A stretch of 64,000 nucleotides of DNA, taken from the NCBI GenBank assembly GCA_001179505.1, contig CDMY01000170.1, positions 116,057 to 180,056 of the forward strand, written 5' to 3'. The notes under the pieces were generated by a model. That model was not told the origin of the DNA. It worked only from the letters and a program-made list of their open reading frames with translations, and did not search any database. This document shows positions 34,301 through 47,400 of the stretch, piece after piece (the first letter of the stretch is position 1; the number at the start of each line of letters is the position of its first letter). The position numbers and the translations under genes were made by a program. The DNA is from Vitrella brassicaformis CCMP3155. Lineage: Eukaryota; Protista; Chromerida.

Positions 34301-37300
34301 CACACGTGCACGTGTCTTCAGATGTTGTGTGACCGCGAGTGGAAGATGTGGGACGATCGGCGGGCTGAGTTCCGACTGAGATACCTCGACGACCACGAAC
34401 ACACAGACAGACAGAAACAACACGAGGTGACGTGACGTGACGTGAGGAGAGCGCAGCACTGTGGCTGTCTTGGGTCAGTCATTGCGTCTTGATGTGTCTA
34501 CGCCTGTGTGGTCAGCAATTTGTCAAGATCAACGGCACTGAGCGCCTGATGACGTACCTGGCCACGGCGTGCGCCAAGGAGAAGGACATCCGACAAATGT
34601 ACCGACACACACAGAGGACGACCCAGCTGAGCTGTCCATGGAATGTCTGCGCATCTCTCTCTCTCCCCGTGTGCAGCCGCGAAGAGGAGAGCCGCGAGGA
34701 CGCCGAGACCTTCGTGTCCAAGCTCAAGGTGAGAGAACAAATGGGTGCACGCACGCCTACGTGTGTATGTGTATGTGTGTGTCGTGTGTGTGCAGGGTTC
34801 GGCCAAGAAGATCAAGGAGGAGCTCGAAATCAAGGCAAACGGAAACATACATGCCAACCAAGAGACAGCCTGCCCTGCCTTCATTATCTCTTCTCTCCCT
34901 CACCATGATGTCAGGCCGAGCAGGCTGCCAAGACGGACGAGGCACAAGTGGTGAGCACAGCACAGCACAGCACAGCACCATCGATAGTCAGATGGGTCAG
35001 ACGATGCAGCCAGCCATCAGAAATTTGTAGCGGCTGTCTTGTTGATTGATTTCGTTCAGATCCAGTTCGACGAAGACGAAGACAACGAAGACGGCAGACT
35101 GTCGGTCAGTCAGACACACCACACGCACCTCATCGCACGCCCTGCACATCACAGTCATGCCTCTGCGTTGTATGTCCATTCCATCAGGGCCGCGAGATCC
35201 TGATGCAGTGTCTTCAGGGGTGCCCCAGATCGCTACGTACGTGACGCGCACACCGAGGGAGGGAGGGGAGAAGGACGAAACGACTGACTCATGTGTGTCT
35301 GCAGGTCCCGAGTCGTCTGCTTTGTTCCTGCAGCCACTCGACCAACTCAAAGTCGCCAAATACGTAGGCAACGCAACCTTCACACCAGTGAGGGAATACC
35401 TCCCCTCTGTGTGCATTTCTTGTCGGTCTGTTGCATGGCGCATCGCATCGACCGAATCGGTCAGATATGGCACAACCCCACGGAGGGCCTCATGAGCAAA
35501 TCCTACGTCATAGCCGCTTTCTTCAGGTCAGTCATCGACATCACAACAGACAGTAGAGTATGTGTGTCGTGTTGTCTCGACTGCACGCCACGCGCAGGTG
35601 TCTGAATGTGGGTTTGACGATGGCCGCGTCTGAGGAGCTGCGGCGTGAGCTGATCAAGTACCTCAAGCGCCCATTCATCGTCAGGAAGATCATCGCAATG
35701 ATGGACAACTGCAAGTGCGAACCGACCACACACACACATGGACAAGACCAGCCCTGACCACTTCCCTGGCATGTGTGGTCGCAGGCCTCTCGAGTGCAAT
35801 GTGGCTGCTAAGTGTCTTCGCATCCTCAGCAAGACGCTGCAGCTCGACCCTGAACAGCCGGTAGGAAGACATACGACACACGAGGAGCCATGTGTGTATA
35901 TGTGTGACCTACTATCTTGTGTGCTTCTAGGCTGAGAGCATGGACATCATCATCCTCTATGACGTCGTCTGCAGGTGAGGGACAGAGAGGGCAGGGCGTA
36001 CACACACGCACACCACACACATCACATCCCTTGCCGGTGGGTGTGTGTGTGTCAGTGCTGTGCATCGTATGGTGCATCCTTTGATCCACCTGCTTCGGCA
36101 GGGCGACAACAGACCACTCGAGGAACCAGAACAGGTCACACACATCCAGACACATCCACACACCTGCACACACTCTTTGACGAATGCGTTGCCCTCGGTC
36201 TGTCTGTCGGCCAGGTGTTGTGTGCTGAGGTAGCCAACGTCATGGCTGTCATCGCCAAGCAGGTGCCCTACGTCAAATTCTCAGAGCTGCTCGACGCACA
36301 GGTGAGATGGAAACAACCACTCCCCACCACACACACGCATCCTGCAATCTTGCTTTGTGTTCAGAATTTCTGTGTGGAGAAGACGTTGGTCCGTTTGGTG
36401 CCGCCCTCTGTAGTCCGGGCGCTGGTGGCCATGATCATCTACGACCTCCAGATCGACGCCGGATCTGCACAGTAAGGACATCAGCCGCCCGCAGCCCCCG
36501 GGTAAGTAGGTGTGGGTGTCGTGTCCATGATTTGTTGATCAGCGGCACCTACATCTCGCACATCGTCTCGCCGCCCGGCCAGGCAGCACAGAGAGAGGGT
36601 ACACGGACACGGACGAGTTCATCTGCCTTTGATGTACGTCTGCGTGTCTTTGTACTGTCAGCGATGCGCCACAGCTGCACAGTTGTCTTAGCGGTGATGC
36701 TCCAGCGATGCCCCGCACTCAAATACGATGTACTCGAGGCATTCAGCGCGGTGACTAAAGGAGCGACAGCAAGCCCCATACGGTCAATATGTGTGTGTGT
36801 GGCTGTGTGCATCTTTGGCAGGCACAGGTGTTCCGCAAGAAATACGTCCGTCAGTCGTACATGGCGGAGTTGCTCGACCTCGCAAACACCGGACTATACC
36901 AAACAGCCATGGTGCGGTGCGCGCGCCGTCTTTCCCCACACTGAATGGCATGGCCACTCCTGTGTGTGTGTGTGTGTGTGTGTATCAGGAGGTGATGTTA
37001 GCAGAGAAACACGGCGCTGCCGAGAGGATACTGCAGCTGTGCTTCTGCCACCTCATACCGCTCACAACTGGTGACACCACAGGCACGCACTCATGGATGC
37101 GTCGACGGATTGCGCATACACCTGTGCGCTGCGCGCAAACAGGTCAGGTCAGCGAGCGGATTGTGGTCTTGACAAACAAGAACTTCTACGTGCTGCAGAA
37201 ACCAAAGGGCAGGTGCGCCACTGAGGTACACGGGCACACACACGCAAAGATCTGACCGCAACGCGTCATTGCAGGCGGTGTGCCGTCTGTCCGCCCGAGC

Positions 37301-39264
37301 GTTTCTGCCCAGCACCGCCCAAGATAGAGGTCAGTGATCCCAGGCCAGACAGACCGTCTTGGCCATTCATTCCCTGCTGCGATTGTGTGTGTCGGTGTCT
37401 GACTGCATATGCAGTCGAAGCGGAGCTATTGGGACATGACCCGCGTGGTGCGGGGACTCGGCACACAGATGCTCGCCATCGGATGGGCGGAGGTACGTCC
37501 ACAGGCTCACACATATGCACTGGAAACAAGCAGCCGCTTGTGTGTGTGTGTGGCGTATTCAGGAGAAGAGGGGTTTGCTGTCCTCTGAGGTGCAGGAGAC
37601 CACCGAAGTCATCATCTGCTACAGGGCAAAAACAGATACACCGACAGTCCCCAATCGAGACATCTCCTGTGTGGGGTATGTGTGCACGGGCAGACGGATC
37701 TGCGTGAGTCGATGATAGGGTGTCTCTACCGTGTGAGCGGCCCGGAAGTCGACGAGCGTGTGGAGGTGGCCATGGACACCACACTCAGAGATATCGTCGT
37801 CGACAGGGTGGGTGGTCCACACCGATACCCACACACTGAGACACCCTCTGCGAGACACATGTTCTGGTGCAGGTCAAGACCCGGCAGATCCACTGCTGCA
37901 CCTTCGCCCAACGACAGGTGAAGGCAAGCTGCAACAGTCAGCATGCCAGCCACCGCCTGCTTTGTGTGGTCAGGGGTTCGCCACCAGCAGCCTGGCGCTC
38001 TTCGTCCTCACCGAGACTCGTAAATGGCACACGTGCAGACCATCCACTGACGTCATCTTCCTGACGTATCATCTGCAGATTTCTACGAGCTGTCAATTGC
38101 CTGGAAGTACTGGGTGCTGCCGGAGGGCGAACTGGCGGATACCACAGGTAAACAGCCACCACCAACACAAGGCCGCCCCGTCCCTCCCATCACCTCCGTC
38201 GCTGTCTGCCTGTGTGTTCAGAGATGTCTGAGTTGCAGGATGCGGGCGAGATGGGTGGCCATGAGGGCGCCCTCGGTGCACGGCTGAGGAGGGAGGAGGG
38301 GCAAGAGCCAGCCGCCATGGGTATGGCAATGGGTGAGGGTGAGGAGGAGGACGAGCTCGGCGATGAGGAGGCGGACTTCGACCTCATGCTCGAGCAGGGG
38401 CTGGGCGGTTTACACACGTAAGCTCAACTTCAAGGATAGACAGATGGCCCCTGTACCTATCGCCTCTTGTCTGTCTCGTTTGTTGCAGGGAGGAGCTCGG
38501 TCGCAAGAAGGCCATGCAGGTGTATGCGCACAAGACATGCCGCAAACACAACACGACATCCGTCTTCCTTTTGGCGTGCAGCGCACCGTGTACAGTTCCT
38601 TCCTGGGCGAGTATGAGTCGGGCGGGGGGTCCATTCTCAGAGGACATACCATGCAAAGGGGGACCAGGGCAGAGCAGCCCGCAGCGGCTGCGTACGACAG
38701 TGGCGCTCCTGCGTCGGGAGGTGGGGCGTTCGACAGCGACAAGGTGCAGCAGAGGAGAGTAGAGGCCATGCAGGTACGCCACGAGAAAGACTGAGAATAA
38801 GTGTATCTGCTAAATGGTGTGTGTCTGTGTGTGTTCAGAAGACTCAGGGTGTGGGCGGCAAAGCTGTCAAGGACAAGCGCCAGGCAGCGAAATTCAACCT
38901 GGTGGCCGTCAACACAGAGCAGTCCATCAAGGCACTCAAACAGGTCAACAACACAGAGATGACAATAGATGGAAGCCAACCAGCATGCATTGTGTCCGTC
39001 TGTGCAGGTGGCATTCGGTCCGACCGAGGATCCGTCAATGAAGCTGACCTTCGGGTCGACTGAGGTCAAGGTGCTGTTCTTCGACGACACGGCCCGCGAG
39101 AAGTGGAGGAGACAGCTCGCCAGCGTCCTCAATAGATCAGAATCAGCACCGTAAGCACACCAAGGCAGCACACTAAATGCTGCTGCTGCGAATGGGTATT
39201 CGGGTGGGGTGCCTCTGTCTTGATCAGGTCGTGGAATCGCGACTGGGTGTCGGAGAACATCTGA
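29864..39264 (+). CDS. Very large multi-exon leucine-rich-repeat protein (N-terminal LRRs, helical/ARM-like middle, PH-like C-terminal region); spans an assembly gap
   Basis: LRRs LQTLDVSGENNL, LRVLKARKNQL, LMELNLSHNQL, LEILLLSHNQM, LKRLDLSDNQY, LQNLRLKDNPF. Many GT-AG and some GC-AG introns. C-terminal ...LFFDDTAREKWRRQLASVL is typical of a PH terminal helix. Probable last exon PSWNRDWVSENI* ends at 39264. Confidence 0.8.
33140..33439. other. Assembly gap (300 N) followed by a poly-G run
   Basis: Directly visible. Confidence 1.
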
Positions 39265-39509
39265 GCGCGGTGTGGTAGCTTCTGCCTGGCTTCCTGCATT
39301 CGTGTCTACTGAGGGACCTTGCGTGCATGAGTTGACCTTCGTTTGCCAAGATAGATGTGGACTATTTATGCAGCCAGCCAAGAGGCTCTGTCTGTCAATG
39401 CTGCTGTCCCTTAACCCACAGCCAGCCCAAAGTGAGAGTGTCCCCTCCCTTCCCTCCCGTGTGTGCCTCTTCCTTAAGCGTCGACGTGCGGTGCGGTGAC
39501 TGCGCCTCT

Positions 39510-39670
39510 CTCTATCAATATGTATGTACGCTATGCATACGATCGATCGACGGTATACATATACATATGTATATGTGTATCTATAGACGTATCCATTACG
39601 CATCTATGGACATATCCATTACGTACATATATATATATATGTATATATACATGTACATATATGCAATCAA
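39510..39670. repeat. AT-rich (TA/TACA/TATG)n microsatellite patch
   Basis: atatacatatacatatgtatatgtgtat...atatatatatatgtatatatac between convergent genes. Confidence 0.8.
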
Positions 39671-39742
39671 TCGGAAAACCCACCCCCAGGTCAGCCTCAT
39701 CCAAAACCGCCAACCAACCCACCGGGCCCATGCATTCACTCC

Positions 39743-41117
39743 TCAGGCGTGATGGGCATAGTACCAGTAACCTGCACAAACAAAGAGGCACGAACATAGA
39801 GAGACATGTCGCAAAGGGTGAAAAGCGTTCGATTAAGGTCTACCTGTCCGGTTGAGCGATGGAGGACAGGTAGACCACTTGTTCCTTCGTCTGTACGCTT
39901 CCCACGGTACCCGGACACTTCCTCCTTGATACACCGAAGTCCTTGTGTCGAGAAAGGACCTGGAATTCTCATCGAATACTTGCGGCGTGGGCAGGTGCAG
40001 CCGTGCAGAGCCGCCGGGCGCCGCCGACTTGGGCCGCGTGGCCACCTTCGTCTTCTTGCGGACCGCCGACTTGTTCAGCTGCTGAGCGGTGGATGGGCGG
40101 CCGTTCGTCGCCTTGGCCACGTCGCTTGCTCCCTTGGTCTCTGTGGTGGCTGTCTGTGGGCGGGACGACGTCATCATCATGCCTTCCAGTTGCCCTGTCT
40201 CCCTGAGCCGTGTTGTCACATCAGCGGTCATGGGCCGATTGTAGCCCATCCAGGGGTGCCCCCCGTCGGATGAGTACAGTGGCGACATTCTGCTGGGTGC
40301 GTCCTCTGGCGGAACCGGCAGCAGTGGGTCGGCGTAGGTCGTGGTGTAGATTGTCGGGGGTGCCTTGGTTCGGATGAGGTGCTCGTTCTTCGCGCGTTGG
40401 AGCACTTGGAGGTCCACCAGGAAATCACTTGCAGCCTTTTTCATGGCGTAGTACTGCAAACGAGAAAACGGCCGGACCGATCTGGCATCAACGTATGTGT
40501 CCATCAGTGCTGTATATACCTGGCGCATGTACTGTTTGAGCTCACAAGATGGGTGTCTCTCCAAGTTGTCTACCGCGCTGCATGGATCAAGGAGCTTGCA
40601 CGTGATGTCTCGCACGCCAGTGGTCATTCAATCAGCATGGCTGACCTCACGAACTCTGAGATGAGGTTGATGGCTTGAGTCTCGTTTTCCAGCTGCTGAC
40701 TTCCTCGACCAGTTGTGCCCAACGTTACGCCAGGCTCGACACAGACCAACTTGAGCAACAATCGCTGCAGGCAATTCCATCAGCAAAGAATACCGTCCAC
40801 ATATCAACGGTCTCTTTTCTCCAGATACCTCAATCGTCTTTTGCATTGCCCGTAGCTTCCGAAAGTAATGCTCCGCCCTTCTTGATCGGTCAGCCTGCCA
40901 AAGAAAAAAACTCCAATCAAGTCTCCACAAAGGCTGGCAGTCACTGGCAGTGTGGCGAATACCGTGAATGGCGGTGTCGGTAAGTTGAATGTCTTCACTC
41001 CCAGCCGTTCAATCGACCGAAGGGTTCCTGTGTTGGCGAACGTCCGCTCGACCTTGTGGTATATGCGCGAGTAGAGACTGAGAGATGGAAACACAGAGCC
41101 CTCCATGCAGCATGGCA
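39743..41117 (-). CDS. Hypothetical multi-exon protein
   Basis: Long GC3-rich exon (YYAMKKAASDFLVDLQ...CPPSLNRT), upstream exons ADRSRRAEHYFRKLRAMQKTIE and RLLLKLVCVEPG...LISEF, and last exon GYWYYAHHA* (TGA 39745-39743). No family recognised. 5' structure uncertain. Confidence 0.55.
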
Positions 41118-41283
41118 TCTACCATTCCAGCGCCTACTCAGGCGTTAAGTAGTGATTCTGTGTCGTAAAAGGGCCGAAGAAAGGCTCCATGGTCACAAAG
41201 CAGCAGGAGATCGCAACACGGGGGAGGGGAGGGAAGGGAGAAGGCGGAAAGAACGATGTTTTTGCCCCTTTTTTGCGTCCGTT

Positions 41284-41322
41284 CCCTGAGCACGTGCCCC
41301 CTGCGGCCCTGAGCACGTGCCC
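41284..41322. promoter_or_regulatory. Two copies of the 16-bp motif CCCTGAGCACGTGCCC (contains the CACGTG E/G-box) in a divergent promoter
   Basis: Exact copies at 41284-41299 and 41307-41322, lying between ATGs at about 41117 (-) and 41442 (+). Confidence 0.45.
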
Positions 41323-41441
41323 GCTTTCCCCCGTCGAAGAGGAAGCAGCTGCAGCTCGCAGTCTCCTGGGGGCTCGTGGGGGCCTCTTCCATCTTTCCTC
41401 ACTGGCGGTCACGCCGCCCCACAAGCACTTGACGGCCCACC

Positions 41442-44400
41442 ATGGCGAACGACGGGTCGGGCGTCGAGAGCAGCCTCCTCACCTTCGCGCCATGGTAGGC
41501 CGTGTGCCGTGGGACACCAGTCACTGGCATGGAGTGCGCATCTTCTGTTCTGTGAAGGCAAGAGGCGCTGTACGGTGTCCTCTATGTGATGGACTCGTCC
41601 ACCAATGAGAAGCCTGAGGAGGCAATAATCATCGGAACAGGCATGGATGCTCAACGCACGATATGCAGCAGCCCCATATGTCTTTGCCTGTGTGTGTGTT
41701 TGTGCGTGTGCGGTGACAGGAATTCGTGTGCCGGCTCTGCAATACGTGAACCTGGCGGTTGTGTTTGTGCTTGACCTTCTCCAGCTGGTGCCGCTATTAC
41801 TGCCGCTGAACAAATCCCTCGAGTGCGAAAAATGGTGCGCAACGGCAGGCAGGGTCTGTCGGTCTCTCATGAAATGGACTGTGTCAGGGACATATACGAC
41901 GCGAGGTGCATCTTTCACTTCTCTACCTCGCCCTTCGAGATCTTTGGGGGTGGGCAGCAAGGGAGGGCGCCTGCCTGCCCTGCCTATGCATGGGAGCACG
42001 GGAGCTGCGCCTGTGTGATGTGCCTTGCAGGTCGAAACAAGATCCAGTATCTCTCCGTTCTGGGCGTGGTCGAGGCTCTCATCCTCCTCACCGCCCTCAC
42101 CGTCGCCATTGTCGCACAGACATTTAAGTCCAAGGAGGTGCCGAAATCATTCATACCATCACTGACTCAGGAAGCTGACAGACAAGGACCATTCTCGCAT
42201 CGTGTGTCTGACGTTTAGGTGCATCTGATCACGCCAATTATCTTACTGAGGGGATTTGTCAGAATGTGAGCCGTCGTCACAGCTACTGGAGGGAACCACT
42301 TTGTGTTTGTCTGTCTGTCAACGCCAGCTTTGTGACGACGTTTTTCTCATCGAGTGTTGCTATTCTCATGTCACTGTTTTCCTGCCGGCTGATGGAGCTA
42401 CGGCTGACGGACGGCGACTTCAAGTGCTGGGAGGCGGCTCACATTGTGATGCTATTTCCATCCATTGCTGCATTGCTGTTCCTGGTAAGAGATGGTAGTG
42501 GGCACAACGCACACACATGATATCTCCTTGATCTACCTGTGTCTCAGGTGCCCCTCGGTTTGGTTACAGCTTTGCCTTATAACAACTTCAAGCCGTTTTC
42601 GACGGACCTTTCCGTCCAAGCCCATGGACGGAGTGAATTCTGGTCAGCGAGACAGCTGCAGCACTTGTTGCACGAACCTGAGTCGACGTGTCTCTTATGC
42701 ATGTGGATGTAGGTACACTGCTACCAAGACTCTGGTCAACGTGACGTTCATCGTGGCAGTGTCGGCGCCAAACCTGGGCATCTAGTTCTGCCGTCAATCT
42801 GATAGCGCTGGGCTACGTGACAGTCCTCTTCTTCGCCCAAGGTCAGTCAGTAGTCGAGCACCTCGTTCGCACACTCTTCTCACGACGTTTGTCCTTTTCA
42901 GCCCCATTCTTTCACGACAGTGCGAATAGGATGCGGGATGCCATCCTGGCGGTGCTGCTCACGATTGCTGTCTTTGCTTTGATAAGAGAGATCCGATCCG
43001 TCAACGTGAGCGGCATGAGCCAGTAGAGCCTCGCGACACTCTTTCTCTGATTCACGCCCCTTTGCGGGAGATGTCTCACGCAGGATCTGCTGGTGGTTGG
43101 CGTGTGTCTGTTCATGCTGCCGATGGGCGCATGGCTCGCCCTGGTCCGCAAGAATGTCCTTCGGTCGCAGGTGGCCGCCGAGCTGCATGCTTTGACCGCC
43201 GTCTTCACCGAGGAGTACAACACATGTTTGTCCGCTCTCCTGGCTGAGGAAACGGGCGAAGGTCCGAGTGCCCGCAGAGGATCGTTCAGAGGCAGGTGTG
43301 TGAGTGGGCAGACAGAGACACACATTTGTATACAGTCCCATCTCGTGAATGCTGGTGCTTGATTGCAGGGACGACTATGAAGAAAGTGATAGCACTGAGA
43401 GTGTGGCTGACGGCGGTACCGAGGGGGGGCGAGCTATCGTACCAGTCCCTTCTCCCGCAGCGCGCTCTGCGGACCTGATCCCCCTGGGCACATCGGCCAT
43501 CACGAGGCACTCCTCCCGAGCCCGGACGCCGTCCGTCATCAGCAGAACCGTTGGCAACAGGCGGGTGCTGGGAGTGGCGGCAGGCGAGAACGAACAACCG
43601 AAAACCGCAATGGAGATCGTCAGCGAGAGAATGAGCTCATACAGGTGCCGCAGACATAGACAGGAGGGGTGCAAACACGCAGTCCCGCCCTTTTGATGGA
43701 TGTGCCGGATATGGTATGGTCAGGTTGACCCGGTTGCGATCGAGCGTGATATGGGAGACCGATCTGGAGTTGGTTCTGCGCATCTTCAGGGACGAGTGGT
43801 TCCTCTACTCCTCCAAGGAGAAGCCAATGGCCCGTGCGGTCATGACGGAGACCATCCTGGCAATTCTGCAGTCCACCAATTTCAGGTCAGCTACAGCGTG
43901 ATCCTCCTTCCGCAGTTCACAAACGAGCTGTTCTCTAACAATTTCAGTGGCTACACATACATGTGGCTGGCGCTCGTCAACCGCTATTTCTTGTACGCTG
44001 CCTGCCACGGCACATGGATGTTCATCCGTACGGATGTCTCTTGTCCTTTTGGTGCCTCAGCGACGAGACCTTCCTGTGCTACAAGTACATCAAGCTTTCG
44101 CATTCGCAGACATCCAAGTGGCACCTCGACATCAACTACATTCTCTATCAGTAAGCCAGTGGCTGCGGGAGGATGGGCTAGGCCGTTACGCACACTATTG
44201 CTTTCATCCATGAACATCAGACTGCAGAAGGACATCGAGACAGCACGGCAAATGGAGTTCCTCGGCGCCGGGGGCAAGAAGACCAACCTAATCGACATTA
44301 TGACGTACCAGAAATGGTCCAGGGCCGCGAAACTGAATCACATGCAGGCCCTCAAGAAGATGAGTCGATTCTGGTGAACCATGACCACCCTGCGCCTGTC

Positions 44401-47400
44401 ACACATGAATACTACAAAACTGACCGTACATGATGGTTTGCTTGTTCAGGCGCGCCCTGGCTGCTGAAGGCAAGACGGCTACCGCCAAGCCCTCCAAGGC
44501 TAGGTGAGACACGAGCCTGTAAATGATCGATCCCCTGGCCTACCTGCCTGCCCGCCTGCCTGTCCCTGTCTCTGTCTGTCTTTGTCGGAGCGATGATGTT
44601 GAGAGAAGCACTTGAAGCGGTCTCAAATGCCCATCACAGCTACGTCAACCTCTTGAAGCGTTTTCCACGCAGCAAAGACGTAGGGATGGACAGAGAAGAT
44701 GAGCCACTCATGGAAGGCCGATTGTTTGTGTGACTAGGCACTGGAGTTGTTCGCGAATTTTGTGCGGCAGGTGCGATGACAAAGGCGCAACACTATGCTG
44801 ATTTCATCGTTTGTGATTCTTCTGCTATTGCAGCTGTACAACGATGACAGCAGGTCAGCGACTCACTCCGGGAAACAGCATTATCAGATGTGACAGAGAG
44901 ACACCAGCATTGCCACACAGAGCCGAGCAAATGATGAACCAGACGGAAACTGACGACGTCGGATCCGTTGCCCACAGTGAGCAAAGCGAACGAATTCAGT
45001 AGAGCACACTGAGGCTGTCATCCTCTCTGTCTGTCCGTGAATGCTTGCAGGCCAGAATCCTCCCTCGTCGATCGAGTCACCTGAGCCTGATGCCGCTGGT
45101 TTTGAGATTAAAGGGGGAGGTGAGGAGGAGGACGGCTTACGCGCATGTGCAACCAGCCTGATATACATTCCGTGGGATTTGTCTTGCTTGCTGCTGATGC
45201 AGGCAGTGAGAAAGAAAACAACATCGCGATAATCGAGACCAACAAGAGAAAGCGACTCATGTGGGTGGCGCTGCTCGCGATCATAGGTCAAAGACACGCA
45301 CAATATTGGCAAATAAATCGGTAGCCTCGCTTCTATTGCTTTCCTGTGCAGGCCTAGTTCTGATGATCATCATGGGCATCGTCACACACTTCGTCCAAGT
45401 AAGACTGGGCACACATTTCGTATCTTCCCGCCCGTCATAGCAACACAAAACGATTATCAGATTAACGAGCTGGAGACGACTACTGGGCGTCTGCATGACC
45501 TGCAGTACAACAGCATCATTATCAACAACTGGTACGCCTCTTTGTATGCTTTTTATCCTTCTTCTCGTGTATGTGACGATGATTACACATTACTGTGCTC
45601 GCCGTGGAACTGTCATGGCCGCAGGGCAAAGGTATGCAGTTCAACGACGCTGGTCTACACGTGGTGGCGGCACCTGAGAGAGATCAACCCCAGCGCCCAA
45701 GTCCATCAATCAGTTTCGACAGCGAACCTGAGCCCAACGGACCTGAGCCGACCGCTGAACATCTCCGAAGAAGAAATCCGAATGCGAATCGATCGAGAGC
45801 TGGCCGACATCGAGAGATACACTAAAGAGCTGACTGAAGCCTCCAATTTTATCATCGACAAAGCCGTCGAGGTCTGGCTCACACGATGACGGAAGAGTTA
45901 GCGTCCTGTACGTACCTCTGACCTGTGCAGGAAGGGATGCGAGACGTGGAAAATTACTACCGAGACTACAATCCTGAGCTCAAACTGAGCTTCTTTAACG
46001 GTACGCATAGCATGGAGATTTTTCGCCGACAGTACACATTCCTACCGCCTTTGTCTTGATTTCAGACTTCGGATTGCCATATGACAGAGTTAGAATGTGA
46101 TTTGGCACACTCATGTATTGCTGTCTATCTGTGGCTGCCGTGTTGTGTTGTGTCTCTTATATCGTGTCTCAACCTCACGTGCACGATCAGGAGACCAACT
46201 ACGTCGGTAAGCTGCTCTGTGAACAATGGCCCATGCTTGCTGAGTCAATTGCTTTGCCGTGCTGTCCTTGTGATGCAGAGGTAGTTACTGAGTTTCTCGT
46301 GGCGGTGTAAAAGAGTACTTGTAGAGAAGGCCGCAGAGGAATCGCGTCATTTCAAGTACATCTTGCAAGTAACATAGGAGCTGGCCAGCTAGAGCTGGTC
46401 AGAGAAGCGTATTTGTTCATGTATCCACTCATCGATTTCTCTTCAGAACTGTCTCGGTGCGCCGGGAATTGGTGGTCAGACGATGGATGGAGCTTGACCA
46501 CATAAACAAGAGTCAGTAACCACAGAACGGAATCAACTGCTTGGGTGAATCGTCCGATTCCGCCTTCTCCGTGCAGTTGTGAATCACAGCGAGGGAGTGA
46601 TTCTCGCCTGCATTCTTACCACGCTTTGTCTCAACGTCTTCATCGCGGTTGTCGTGCTGTGGATGGTTCAGATCGGGATGGTCAGCGACGTTCTGAATAG
46701 ATGACATCTGCACGCACATCGTCTCTGCGCATTGTGGGCGTGTATGTAGTCCGAGTTTGATCTGCAATCCGACGTTGGGCTGGCTATTCACATTGCCTTC
46801 TCACTCTCGCAGCGACAGGTCAGTAACCGACGGGGCTTAGCACCGCTCACCACGGCATATTCCTGCGGTGTCTGCCTTAAATGTGCCTCGATCTGACAGA
46901 AAATCCGGCTCCGAAAACGCTTCGCCAAAGAAGCAAGGAAAGGAATCGCATTGGGTGATTTCGAAGGCGCCTTCGGCGACCAAGATGACCTACCCAGGAG
47001 CGGCTGAGCCTTTCACATGAGTTTCGCTGTCCTTTGTGCAACGTCTATGCGTCTGTTTCAGGGACGGGGAACAACCGAAAGCTCTGATGGACGGGGAGCC
47101 GTATGAGACTCCTATGTCTGCCAGTCGCAGCCAACAGCAGGCCGCGCCATCCAAGTCCGTTCTGAAGCCGTCCACACCCACACACGGTCTGGTGCGAGCT
47201 GACAGCAACAGCTCCCTCCGTGGGGGTCAACCGCGTGTGCGACTTATGAGTCCCGAAACGTCGAAGCGTGAGCTGCGAAAGGGGGTGAATTCAGACGCTG
47301 ATATGGTGCGCTTGATGCTAGACGGGGAAAGGGCAGCTAAGAAGAAGGTCAGCTGAGCGGGAGCGGACTCGTCCATACACTTGTTCCCCTATTATGATAG

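Noticed and set aside
37071-37143. Possible GC donor at 37082
   Set aside because: A GT donor at 37071 has the same phase and explains the junction.
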